From an uncultured Candidatus Saccharibacteria bacterium (GTDB lineage Bacteria; Patescibacteriota; Minisyncoccia; UBA6257; 1-14-0-10-44-23), in assembly GCA_964394435.1 (NCBI GenBank), contig CAYMXN010000002.1:206196-270195 (forward strand): 64,000 nt of DNA. The letters run 5' to 3'. A model generated the notes under the pieces. The model was not told the origin of the DNA, made no database searches, and was given only the letters and a program-made list of their open reading frames with translations. Shown piece after piece: positions 29,919-38,611 of this stretch. Numbering within the stretch: position 1 is the stretch's first letter; every line of letters begins with the position of its first letter. Made by a program: the position numbers and the translations under genes.

Positions 29919-30005
29919 CGGATTGCTTCCTTGTTGTTGCGATTGCGCTCGCTAACTTTTGGCACGTTGCCGCAGTGAGCAGGAGCACTTTTATAATTAT
30001 CTAAC

Positions 30006-30587
30006 TTACCGGTTCTTGTCAATACGTGATTGACGTGCCAAGAAGGGAAGCACTCTTTTCTTTAGTCCTTCTCGAAACAGGGCGAAGCGACTTACATCGT
30101 GATATTTTCCTGCGTAGAATCGTGCTCCTCGGAATCGCCCTTCCTTTTTGAATCCGGCGCTAACCATCGTGTCGTGCGAGAGCTTGTTGTAGCCAAAGAC
30201 TTCGAAGTAGATCTTGTGAATAGGGAATGAGTCGAAGAGCCATCTGATAACGAGCGCTGTCGCGATTGCGCCATAGCCCTTTCGTTCATTTTCTTCATCG
30301 ATGAATGTGTTGATGAAGACATTCCCATTGGTTAGGTCGAGATTGAAAGAGAATATCGTTCCAATGGCTCGGTTGTCTCGTTTGCGGACAATTATGAATT
30401 GTGCGTGCCGCTGATTCGCAAATGCTTTTTTGATTTCGGCAGCAAACTCTTCTGGATTTACGGTATCTCGTCTCTGCGAAAGCAGCCTTAGCCAACGTTC
30501 GCTGTTGCGCCAATCTAGAAGCGTGGGATAGTCAGTTTCGTTGATTGGACGGAGGCCGACCGTTCTTGTTTCATGAACGAAGTTCAA
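30006..30587 (-). CDS. GNAT-family N-acetyltransferase (RimJ/RimL-like)
   Basis: GNAT motif A region KGYGAIATALVIRWLFDSFPIHKIYFEV. Confidence 0.75.
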   Translation of the reverse strand: MNFVHETRTVGLRPINETDYPTLLDWRNSERWLRLLSQRRDTVNPEEFAAEIKKAFANQRHAQFIIVRKRDNRAIGTIFSFNLDLTNGNVFINTFIDEENERKGYGAIATALVIRWLFDSFPIHKIYFEVFGYNKLSHDTMVSAGFKKEGRFRGARFYAGKYHDVSRFALFREGLKKRVLPFLARQSRIDKNR

Positions 30588-30691
30588 GGGATTCTCCTAT
30601 GATATGGGGGGTGATGTGTTCCGCCTTGATAGTACAACTATTTCTTGGGGTGTCAACAAAAATACCCGAACGGGTATTTTTGTTTGAGTTT

Positions 30692-31096
30692 TTACTTAGT
30701 TGGCGTCTGGGCGATCAGCTCTTGGACTTTGCGGACGATGGAGTCGAGTTCGTCGCTCTTACGCAAGAAGGTGATTGCGCCAAGTTCTTGGGCGAACTTG
30801 TCGTTTTCTTTTTTAATACCCGGCCACGGGTAGAGGAGGTTGCTGAAAAAAACGATTTGGATATTTTTTGTTTCCGGATTTTGCTTGAGGTCGAGTACCG
30901 CTTCGGTGCCATTAGTCCCTGGCATTTGGATATCCATAATAATCAGGTCAGGCAGAATGCTCTTGGCTTTAGTGATCGCTTCATTGCCGTCTTTGGCTTC
31001 AGCGATTGTTAGTCCCGCTTTGAGTAATTTAGCCGAGAGCACTTCCTTGAAGTCTGGGTCATCATCGGCAATGAGTACGAGTGGTGGGTTGTGCAT
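30692..31096 (-). CDS. stand-alone response-regulator receiver (CheY-like)
   Basis: LIADDD...DLIIMDIQMP...FFSNL...K signature. Confidence 0.8.
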   Translation of the reverse strand: MHNPPLVLIADDDPDFKEVLSAKLLKAGLTIAEAKDGNEAITKAKSILPDLIIMDIQMPGTNGTEAVLDLKQNPETKNIQIVFFSNLLYPWPGIKKENDKFAQELGAITFLRKSDELDSIVRKVQELIAQTPTK

Positions 31097-31132
31097 ATCG
31101 AGAGATAAATTATGAATTATGAGTAAGGAGGA

Positions 31133-31525
31133 TTAAGACAATTGCTTTAGGATTTCGTTGATGCGCGTTACGAGAAGGTCGAGATCGCCGCCTTTTTTAA
31201 AATAGTCGACAGCGCCAATCTGTTCAGAAAATCGTTTGTTGATGCCTGCGACCGCAGGGGAGGCGTCACCGAGGTTGGTTAGAAAGATAATCGGGATGTT
31301 TTTGGTTTGTTCGTTGGCGTGTAGGTCGGCAGTCGCTTCCATCCCATCTTTTTCGGGCATTTGTACGTCCATCAAGATTAAATCAGGCTTGATTTTCGTT
31401 GCTTTTTCAACAGCCATCGCGCCATTTGAGGCGGTCTGGACTGAAAATCCTTTGCTTTTGAGTTTTGCGCCAACGATATCGAGAAAGTCTGCGTCGTCGT
31501 CAGCGGTGAGAATAAGTTTAGCCAT
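31133..31525 (-). CDS. stand-alone response-regulator receiver (CheY-like), paralog of the adjacent gene
   Basis: LTADDD...DLILMDVQMP...FLTNL. Confidence 0.8.
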   Translation of the reverse strand: MAKLILTADDDADFLDIVGAKLKSKGFSVQTASNGAMAVEKATKIKPDLILMDVQMPEKDGMEATADLHANEQTKNIPIIFLTNLGDASPAVAGINKRFSEQIGAVDYFKKGGDLDLLVTRINEILKQLS

Positions 31526-31579
31526 ACTCCTTTACTTATAGAGTAGCATAGCATAATCTATTGAACTATAATTACCCAT

Positions 31580-32335
31580 ATGGTGGATGAATCAACAATC
31601 AATAAGTGTATTTTAGAAATTCGAGCGGGAGCTGGTGGAGACGAGGCGGCTATTTTTGCTGGAGATTTGGCGCGTATGTACCAACGCTATACCGCATCGA
31701 AAGGGTGGGGGTTTAAAATTTTTGATTATAACGAGACGGGGCAAAACGGATATAAGAGTTTTTTTGCGCAGGTTTCGGGTAGTGGTTGCTATCTTGCTCT
31801 GAAATTAGAGTCAGGCGTGCACCGCGTACAGCGTGTTCCAGCTACAGAGAAAGCTGGGCGCGTACATACTTCGACTGCGACGGTAGCGGTTTTGCCTGAA
31901 CTTGAAGCGAAAGAGATTGTGATTAGCCCAAATGATTTAGAGGTTACATTTTCTCGTGCCGGTGGTCCGGGTGGGCAAAACGTGAACAAAGTAGAGAGCG
32001 CGGTTCGTATTACGCACAAACCGACTGGGATTGTAGTCAGTTCACGCGCCGAGCGTGCGCAGGCGGCTAACCGTGAGGCGGCGATGTCGCTCTTGCGGGC
32101 GAAATTGTATGACTTGGAGCAGCAGCGTACGCAAGGACAGTTTGCGGCAGATCGTCGTGAGCTTGTTGGTACGGCTGACCGGAGTGAAAAGATTCGAACG
32201 TATAACTTTGCTGACGATCGCTTAACCGACCACCGCTTTGGTGTGAAGGTGCACGATATTGAAAGTATTTTAAACGGTGATTTGGATAAGTTGCTGAATA
32301 AGATTAAAAAATCTCAAGAGGGGGAGAAGAAGTAA
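31580..32335 (+). CDS. prfA: peptide chain release factor 1-like protein that lacks N-terminal domain 1
   Basis: PAT tripeptide anticodon motif ([15 protein letters not shown]); GGQ motif ([12 protein letters not shown]). Only 251 aa, against about 355 aa for typical RF1. Confidence 0.75.
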   Translation: MVDESTINKCILEIRAGAGGDEAAIFAGDLARMYQRYTASKGWGFKIFDYNETGQNGYKSFFAQVSGSGCYLALKLESGVHRVQRVPATEKAGRVHTSTATVAVLPELEAKEIVISPNDLEVTFSRAGGPGGQNVNKVESAVRITHKPTGIVVSSRAERAQAANREAAMSLLRAKLYDLEQQRTQGQFAADRRELVGTADRSEKIRTYNFADDRLTDHRFGVKVHDIESILNGDLDKLLNKIKKSQEGEKK

Positions 32336-32399
32336 TATTCATAAATAAAAAGAAAAGGCCCACACGATCGGGGCCCTTTGATTTGCGGCGCACCTCCTC

Positions 32400-32633
32400 C
32401 TAGGGGTGCGCGTTATTTTGCTGGTTGTTGTTCTGCTTCTTCTTCGGGGCGACGGACTTCGCGAGTGACGTCAGGATGCTGGCAACCGTCTTGCGGACGA
32501 GGTTGATCGGCATCATGGCGAACACGGGCTTGAACTTCGCCTTCTCTCGAAGCGGGGTGAACAACATGTCCAACCCGAGCAGAATGATTTCGATGAGCGC
32601 GAACATCTGCAGGTAGTACTCAAACGTTGTCAT
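32400..32633 (-). CDS. 77-aa small membrane protein in a GC-rich islet (strong SD)
   Basis: CAGGAGGT lies about 9 nt upstream of the ATG; one or two TM helices then a Lys/Asn/Gln tail; terminator hairpin GGCCCCGATCGTGTGGGCC downstream. Confidence 0.4.
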   Translation of the reverse strand: MTTFEYYLQMFALIEIILLGLDMLFTPLREKAKFKPVFAMMPINLVRKTVASILTSLAKSVAPKKKQNNNQQNNAHP

Positions 32634-32746
32634 GGTCTGGTGACCTCCTGATGTATATTATATCACTAAAATATATAAAAGTCAATGAACTGATTTGGTT
32701 TATTTGGATACTAAAAACCCTCGTTACGCGAGGGTTTTTAGTATCT

Positions 32747-34975
32747 TTATTCTTCAGATTCTTGTTGCGGAGTTTCGCTCAAGTTGTTTTCGTCAACGAT
32801 ATAAACTTCGCGTGGCTTAGCGCCGTCGGCCGGACCGATGAGGCCTTTGCTTTCCATGATATCGATGATGCGGGCGGCGCGGTTATAGCCGAGACCGAGC
32901 CGGCGCTGGAGTAGGGAGGTTGAGGCTTTGCGTGCTTGCTTTACGACGTCGATGGCTTGCGGGAGCATCTCGTCTTCCTCTTCATTAGTTCCCATATAAT
33001 CATCAAAGACGTCGCCACCACCCGGAGTGTTGGCTTCGGCCTGACCTGGGTCGGTTGGCGGATTCATTGATTTGGCGAGCGCCTGGCTTTCGGCTGACTG
33101 CTCGGTTGGACCAAGTGTCTCGTTATTGTCGCGAATAAACTTTACGACATCTTTAATCTCTTCTTCGGTGACATAACCTCCCTGAATACGTTTCGGCTTT
33201 GAGTACTCGGCCATTGAGCAGCTAAAGAGTAAGTCGCCACCACCTAATAGTTTTTCAGCTCCGGCAGTGTCGATAATCGTACGGCTGTCGATCTGACTAA
33301 TAACCTTCAATGCTGCGCGGCCGGTGATGTTAGCCTTGATGAGTCCAGTGATGACTTCGACAGATGGGCGCTGAGTGGCGAGTACCAGGTGGATACCGGT
33401 AGCACGCGCCATTTGTGCTAAGCGTACAATGTAGCCTTCGATTTCTTTGCCGAAGTTGGCCATCAGGTCGGCCATCTCATCAATAACAATGACGATATAT
33501 GGAAGTGGGTCGGTTTTGTTTGCTTTGTTGTAACTCTTAATATCGCGACTGCCAGCCTGTTGAAGTGTTTGGTAGCGGCGATCCATTTCAGATAGTGCCC
33601 AGCGGAAGACAGCGATGGATTTTTTGCCTTCGGTGATAACCGGGGAGATGAGGTGAGGGATACCCTCGTAAATCGAAAGTTCGACACGCTTTGGGTCGAT
33701 TAAGATAAGTTTAAGCATCTCTGGCGAGTTCTTGTAGAGCAACGGCAGGATGATGGAGTGGATGAAAATAGACTTACCGCTACCAGTCGCACCGGCGACC
33801 AATAAGTGTGGAAGTTTTTCAATATCCATAAAGAGTGGCTCGCCGGTTACGTCGCGACCAAGTGGGAAGACGAGCTGTCCGCCAGCAGTAAAGTCAGGGT
33901 AGGAGAGGAGGCTACCGAGGCGAACGATTGAAGCGGCTTTGTTTGGTACCTCGATACCGACGAGTGATTTGCCCGGGATCGGTGCTTCGATACGGATTGG
34001 GTGTGCGGCAAGAGCGAGCGCGAGGTCTTGGCCAAGCGCGGTGATGCGAGTTATTTTAACTCCTTCAGCCGGCTTGAGTGTGTAGCGGGTTACCTTTGGG
34101 CCGATGTTAATCTCGCCCATTTCAACGTCGATACCAAAACTATCGAGTGTGCGCTTAATGATGTTCGCGTTCGCACGTAAGTCTCCCGGAGTTGGTTTTT
34201 CTACCGATGACTTAAGAAGATCAAATGGTGGTGGAACGTAGTTTTTTACTACCGCTGGCTTGCCCTTACCCTTAGCTTCACTGGCTGACATCGCAACCAC
34301 TGGCTCAAACTCTTCATCAGACTTCTTTTCCTTTGGCTTTTCAGCAGGAGCGGCAAGCTTTTTAGCTGCTTTGACCGGGGCTTCTTTTTCTTCGGCGATG
34401 AGTTCGTCGATATCGATTTCTTCATCTTCGTCATCACGGGCGTCCTCTTTGCGCTTCTTTTTCTCGATATCTTTTTCTTCTTGTGATTTCAAGAAGCTTG
34501 GCTTACGCAGGGTGATTGAGGCGTTGAGTGTAATGAGAAGCGCGGTGATAAGGAGCGTGATGAGTAAGATGATTGCTGCGCCATGGCCAAAGGGGACTTC
34601 GAGTGAGCCAACTACTCCACCCAAAAAGCCACCTTTGCCGGGAAAGAGAACGTCGATCAGTCCGAGGCCAGATAAAACGAAAAACGCCATCCCAAAAAAG
34701 ACGACGCCAAAGAATTTTTCTTCCCGGCTAATTAAGAAAAGTAGGCCGACGATGAACAGAATGGCTGGAAAGAGGTAGTATCCGAGACCGACGAGGCTAT
34801 TAAAGAGGCTAAAGATAATGTCTCCAGCTGGGCCGGCTCGGTGAAAGGCGGCGAGCAGCATAATGATTGAGACGCCGATTAAGAGAATGCCGAAAACGCT
34901 TTTTTTGGTTTCGTGTTTTATTTTCTGAAGCTTGAACGAGCTAGATTCAGAATCTTTAGTTTTTTTCTTTGCCAT
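32747..34975 (-). CDS. ftsK: DNA translocase FtsK/SpoIIIE
   Basis: N-terminal TM domain; acidic/Lys linker; Walker A GATGSGKS; C-terminal gamma-like domain. Confidence 0.9.
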   Translation of the reverse strand: MAKKKTKDSESSSFKLQKIKHETKKSVFGILLIGVSIIMLLAAFHRAGPAGDIIFSLFNSLVGLGYYLFPAILFIVGLLFLISREEKFFGVVFFGMAFFVLSGLGLIDVLFPGKGGFLGGVVGSLEVPFGHGAAIILLITLLITALLITLNASITLRKPSFLKSQEEKDIEKKKRKEDARDDEDEEIDIDELIAEEKEAPVKAAKKLAAPAEKPKEKKSDEEFEPVVAMSASEAKGKGKPAVVKNYVPPPFDLLKSSVEKPTPGDLRANANIIKRTLDSFGIDVEMGEINIGPKVTRYTLKPAEGVKITRITALGQDLALALAAHPIRIEAPIPGKSLVGIEVPNKAASIVRLGSLLSYPDFTAGGQLVFPLGRDVTGEPLFMDIEKLPHLLVAGATGSGKSIFIHSIILPLLYKNSPEMLKLILIDPKRVELSIYEGIPHLISPVITEGKKSIAVFRWALSEMDRRYQTLQQAGSRDIKSYNKANKTDPLPYIVIVIDEMADLMANFGKEIEGYIVRLAQMARATGIHLVLATQRPSVEVITGLIKANITGRAALKVISQIDSRTIIDTAGAEKLLGGGDLLFSCSMAEYSKPKRIQGGYVTEEEIKDVVKFIRDNNETLGPTEQSAESQALAKSMNPPTDPGQAEANTPGGGDVFDDYMGTNEEEDEMLPQAIDVVKQARKASTSLLQRRLGLGYNRAARIIDIMESKGLIGPADGAKPREVYIVDENNLSETPQQESEE

Positions 34976-35033
34976 CGTTTTGTATTCGTTTATTGGTATA
35001 GTATACCGCTAAATGATGATAGAATAAACAGCA

Positions 35034-36383
35034 ATGGGGCAGTCGATTTTTAAAGCGTACAATATTCGCGGAGCGTATCCGACCGAACTTAATGAGTCGA
35101 TGTTTTTCCGTATTGGTCGCGGATTAGCTGATATCTTTGACGGACGCGTTCTCGTTGGTCGTGATGGGCGACTTAGTTCGCCGGATTTATATGCTGCTCT
35201 TATAGCCGGGATGCGGGCGGCGGAGAAGAAGACGCTTATTATTGAAGCGATTGGTATCATGACGACGCCGATGCAGACGTTTTTAGTCCATCAATTTGCG
35301 TTTGCGGGTTCGGTAATGGTTACCGCGTCGCATAATCCAGCCGGAGATAATGGATTAAAGATTTTAAATAGCCAAGGGCGGGATGTACCGATGAGTGAGG
35401 TGGTGAGCGCGTATCAACGGTATGAGCAGTTGGCGATACCACGACAGGTGTCGGCAGTATCTGAAGCTGATAGTACGCCACACTTTGATGCGTATGTTTC
35501 GTTTTTGAAAAGTCAGGCGCGAATCAGGCGCCGGGTGCGCGTGGTATTTGATTGCTCGAATGGAGTTGTCGCGAGCGTCGTCTCTCGTTTGCAGAAGATA
35601 CTTACCGATGTTGATTTTATACTGCTCAATGAGCAGATTGATGGTCATTTTCCGGCTCATGGGCCAAATCCAAAAGAGGTTGGTGCGACTGAACAAGCGC
35701 AACGCACAGTGGTTGAGCAGCACGCAGATTTTGGCGTGGTATTTGATGGAGATGCTGATCGCGCGGTGTTTGTTGATAATCAAGGCAGGAGGATGAGTGC
35801 GGAGGCGACAACGATTTGTATCGCTCAACTTTTTACCGGTCCGATCGTGATTGAGCATACGCTTGGATATGTGGTGCGGGCGTTTGCTCGTCAGGCGAAT
35901 CGAGAAATTATTGAGACTAAAGTTGGCAGTTCGTATATTCATACGGCGATGCATGAGGGTGGGGCGGAGTTTGGTGCAGAGAGCTCATTCCACTTCTATT
36001 TCAAATCATTTTTTGGCAGCGATGATGGGCTGATGGCGTTTGTGTCGATGCTCACTATTGTTTCGGGAGGGGAGTTGTCGCTCAGTGAGTTTGTAGATGC
36101 GCTTCCTAAAACAATTCGGATGGATGAGCTCAACTTTTCATTTTCATCGCAAGAGCAGATCGCCGAGCTGCTGGAGACGCTTTTTATTACGTATGGTTCG
36201 CGGGCGAGTAACACTGTTCAGATAGATGGGATTAAATGTGAATTTATTGACCCGGCGTGGTGGTTTTCGGTGCGGCCATCGGCCAATGAGCCACTCGTGC
36301 GGTTTAACCTTGAGGCGCTCGATAGTGCGGTTTTTGAATCTAAAAAAGCAGAGATTCTATCGATTATTCGTCGATTTAAGTAG
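35034..36383 (+). CDS. phosphohexose mutase family (phosphoglucosamine/phosphomanno-mutase)
   Basis: Active-site TASHNPAGDNG; Mg loop FDGDADR; 449 aa. Confidence 0.8.
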   Translation: MGQSIFKAYNIRGAYPTELNESMFFRIGRGLADIFDGRVLVGRDGRLSSPDLYAALIAGMRAAEKKTLIIEAIGIMTTPMQTFLVHQFAFAGSVMVTASHNPAGDNGLKILNSQGRDVPMSEVVSAYQRYEQLAIPRQVSAVSEADSTPHFDAYVSFLKSQARIRRRVRVVFDCSNGVVASVVSRLQKILTDVDFILLNEQIDGHFPAHGPNPKEVGATEQAQRTVVEQHADFGVVFDGDADRAVFVDNQGRRMSAEATTICIAQLFTGPIVIEHTLGYVVRAFARQANREIIETKVGSSYIHTAMHEGGAEFGAESSFHFYFKSFFGSDDGLMAFVSMLTIVSGGELSLSEFVDALPKTIRMDELNFSFSSQEQIAELLETLFITYGSRASNTVQIDGIKCEFIDPAWWFSVRPSANEPLVRFNLEALDSAVFESKKAEILSIIRRFK

Positions 36384-36407
36384 GTTTAAGGGGGGGTTGA
36401 GGGGGTA

Positions 36408-36436
36408 TTGACTTTTTACTTATTTTATGCTATACT
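36408..36436 (+). promoter_or_regulatory. sigma70-type promoter (TTGACT-17-TATACT) driving the GC-rich micro-ORF islet
   Basis: ttgact at 36408-36413 and tatact at 36431-36436; preceded by G7/G5 tracts. Confidence 0.5.
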
Positions 36437-36459
36437 TTTCTTTGTCAGTACCTGAAATT

Positions 36460-36489
36460 GCGACCCGTTCTACGGGCTCGCTGGGAGGA
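36460..36489 (+). repeat. leader element copy 1 (hairpin GCGACCCG-TTCTA-CGGGCTCGC followed by GGGAGGA SD)
   Basis: About 85% identical to copy 2; sits 8 nt upstream of the ATG at 36498. Confidence 0.7.
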
Positions 36490-36497
36490 GATGCATC

Positions 36498-36662
36498 ATG
36501 GACGATATCGATATCCTCGTGCTAGTGGTCCTCGCGGTTGCCGTCGTGGCAGCCGTGATCGGCCTCTTCGCGGGGGCTACGGTCTACTTTTTCGGCAGTT
36601 TGGGCGTATTGCTGGCATACGTCGGTGTGGCGTATCTGGCGTACGTCACGTACGGCCGGTGA
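36498..36662 (+). CDS. 54-aa hydrophobic micro-protein (two predicted TM helices)
   Basis: Translates MDDIDILVLVVLAVAVVAAVIGLFAGATVYFFGSLGVLLAYVGVAYLAYVTYGR; GGGAGGAG SD; high GC3. Confidence 0.45.
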   Translation: MDDIDILVLVVLAVAVVAAVIGLFAGATVYFFGSLGVLLAYVGVAYLAYVTYGR

Positions 36663-36674
36663 CTGGAGGACGAT

Positions 36675-36878
36675 ATGAAGAAGGACATTCGAGAAGAGGT
36701 CGAGCGCCGTGTGCGCCGCCTACTGACCAAGATGTGCAGCTGCCAGCGGGCAGGCTGCAACATGTTGCACGTGTGCGACACGGACAAGATCGTCCAGGCC
36801 GCTCTCGCGTGCGACGTGTGCGGGGACATGCGACCGAACAAAGAGGATGGCACATGCCCCGGGTGCGGGAGTGCCTGA
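36675..36878 (+). CDS. 67-aa Cys-rich (8 Cys) small protein, zinc-ribbon-like, with amphipathic N-terminal leader
   Basis: Translates MKKDIREEVERRVRRLLTKMCSCQRAGCNMLHVCDTDKIVQAALACDVCGDMRPNKEDGTCPGCGSA; SD GGAGGA 5 nt upstream. Confidence 0.5.
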   Translation: MKKDIREEVERRVRRLLTKMCSCQRAGCNMLHVCDTDKIVQAALACDVCGDMRPNKEDGTCPGCGSA

Positions 36879-36902
36879 CTTTAAGTGAAACTCTGGAAAA
36901 AT

Positions 36903-36932
36903 GAGACCCGTTTCACGGGCTCGCCGGGAGGA
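36903..36932 (+). repeat. leader element copy 2 (hairpin GAGACCCG-TTTCA-CGGGCTCGC plus GGGAGGA)
   Basis: Direct repeat of 36460-36489; 6 nt upstream of the ATG at 36938. Confidence 0.7.
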
Positions 36933-36937
36933 TTCCT

Positions 36938-37093
36938 ATGGACGGCAAGATCAGCGTGCGTCACGAGGTCATCTCGGTCATCATCGTCTTCGGTGCGATC
37001 CTGGCCGCCATCCTGGTGCCGGGCAAGAAGCTCGACCAGAAGGCGGCGGACGCGATGGCGAAGGTCAGCGCGACGCTCTTCGGAGGGCGCTGA
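36938..37093 (+). CDS. 51-aa hydrophobic micro-protein (single TM)
   Basis: Translates MDGKISVRHEVISVIIVFGAILAAILVPGKKLDQKAADAMAKVSATLFGGR; its stop overlaps the next ATG as TGATG. Confidence 0.45.
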   Translation: MDGKISVRHEVISVIIVFGAILAAILVPGKKLDQKAADAMAKVSATLFGGR

Positions 37094-37127
37094 TGGACGA
37101 AGACAGGACAGAGAGAAGGTTCGTTTG

Positions 37128-37223
37128 ATGGTGGGGGTCGCGATCGCGATTCTCGTCATCGCAGTGATTGTCGCTTGCCAAGTGCGAGCGGCAATCAGCC
37201 CGGAAGGCTTCGGCTTTCCGTAG
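37128..37223 (+). CDS. 31-aa hydrophobic micro-peptide, translationally coupled
   Basis: Translates MVGVAIAILVIAVIVACQVRAAISPEGFGFP; preceded by an 11-codon ORF MDEDRTERRFV (37093-37128) linked by TGATG overlaps. Confidence 0.35.
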   Translation: MVGVAIAILVIAVIVACQVRAAISPEGFGFP

Positions 37224-37259
37224 AGGCGCTTTGTGCAAACAGAGCGCCTTAATTTTTTA
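37224..37259 (+). terminator. rho-independent terminator closing the micro-ORF islet
   Basis: aggcgct-ttgtgcaaacag-agcgcct followed by taatttttt. Confidence 0.7.
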
Positions 37260-37823
37260 TAACAAGTAGGTCTGGGTATCTACCGGAAACTCGATTGTTA
37301 CTTTTGTTGGAAGTTCTTTGTTGCGATCAGGTACTAATAAAAAGCCAAATTTTTTCGCTTTGTCATAAATTTCCTTGGTGATTTTTACATCGTTTTGGCA
37401 GTACTCTTTAAGTTCATCCATTTTTCCCGCGGCGTAGAGGATCGGAGCGGCGATGTTTTGATGGGTTTTGCCCATACCTAAGTTAGCTTTGGCGAGATTG
37501 TCGAGGCCGACTAAGCGACCAGTTTGTTGTTCGATTTCATTAGAGAGGTCGAGTTTTGGGTGATTAGTGAGATCGAGGCCAAGTGTGCGGCTTAAAATAG
37601 GGAGGTCGAATTTGTTTGAAGAGAAGCCGACGAGTAGGGCCGGGGGAGTGAGAAAAGTCTTGAGCTCGGCGAGCTGGGTTTCGTCAAAGCAGAAGTATTT
37701 ATTTTTGTTGTATGAGTAGATGCAACAAACCGACATCTGGAGCTGATCGAGATGGGCGCGGGTTTTTCCGCCGACGTCGGCGAAGGTGTTTTTAGTTTCG
37801 ATGTCGAGTACGAGGGTATCCAT
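37257..37823 (-). CDS. DEDD-family 3'-5' exonuclease
   Basis: Exo I LVLDIETKN; Exo II GFSSNKFDLPIL; Exo III Y..D region (YCQNDV). Confidence 0.6.
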   Translation of the reverse strand: MDTLVLDIETKNTFADVGGKTRAHLDQLQMSVCCIYSYNKNKYFCFDETQLAELKTFLTPPALLVGFSSNKFDLPILSRTLGLDLTNHPKLDLSNEIEQQTGRLVGLDNLAKANLGMGKTHQNIAAPILYAAGKMDELKEYCQNDVKITKEIYDKAKKFGFLLVPDRNKELPTKVTIEFPVDTQTYLL

Positions 37824-38007
37824 AGATAGGTATTTGCTAATGGCTTATAGCGTATAGGAAATAAGCGGAAATATCTACTTAATGTTATATTGACTTTATG
37901 TTTAAAAAATGCTATAAAATAAATCAGCAAGCCTAGGCATAGGCAAGCCCCTTAGCTGGCGGGTAGCCAGGAGTTTCCCGGCGATTAGTCGGGGAAGGGA
38001 TTTGAAG

Positions 38008-38601
38008 ATGAAGTTCGACGACCTGACGCACGGGCAGACCAAGGCACTTGTCACCAAGCTTGGTGGCGCGGATAAGGCCCTCGCCATTCTTCGTGGAGAG
38101 ATAGAGATGGTTGAAAAGCGTCTCACTCCGCCTCGTCCGCTTCGCCTTCTTCGTCCTACGGCGAAGTGTCGCTTCGCTGTTGAGGAGACTTTTTTTGGTA
38201 AGACGGCGGTACGGATTGACCATCGAGGCGATAGCTTCACGGCAGGGTTTAGATCTATTGTCGAGGAGCCTGTCCTCGAGGCGACTCTTGTCCCATTTGA
38301 TCTCAATCAAGCTGCATCTGACGGTGCGATTATTGCCGATTTGGGCGGTGAGGACCGTGCCGAGGTGGCGCTTTCCCAGGTTTGGAGACTCCTTGAGCGT
38401 CAGCCTAATGGCGAGGAGGGTGTTCTGCTCACTAGCGGGTACGCGAACATCTTTTACGTTCGTGACATTGCGGGGGCGTTGCGCGTCGTAACGGCCGTCT
38501 GGGTTGCCTTGAAGAACGGCTGGCAAGTGTACGCCAATTCTCTCCAGGGGCGTCCGCGCTTTTTGGACGGTGCCTGGCGTGTTTTCTCTTACAGCTCCTG
38601 A
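38008..38601 (+). CDS. hypothetical protein in a GC-rich single-gene islet (SD plus own terminator)
   Basis: About 58% GC; GGGGAAGGGA precedes the ATG; ORF about 197 aa; no recognisable motif. Confidence 0.45.
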   Translation: MKFDDLTHGQTKALVTKLGGADKALAILRGEIEMVEKRLTPPRPLRLLRPTAKCRFAVEETFFGKTAVRIDHRGDSFTAGFRSIVEEPVLEATLVPFDLNQAASDGAIIADLGGEDRAEVALSQVWRLLERQPNGEEGVLLTSGYANIFYVRDIAGALRVVTAVWVALKNGWQVYANSLQGRPRFLDGAWRVFSYSS

Positions 38602-38611
38602 TTCCTTGTAT

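Noticed and set aside
36458-37223. Long ORFs 36458..36904, 36584..36853 (minus), 36646..36855 (minus), 36881..37159 (minus), 36885..37223 and 36901..37128 with Arg/Pro/Ser-rich products
   Set aside because: Arg/Gly/Pro-rich low-complexity translations typical of wrong-frame reading of GC-rich DNA. The short SD-led frames fit the repeated leaders and TGATG coupling better.
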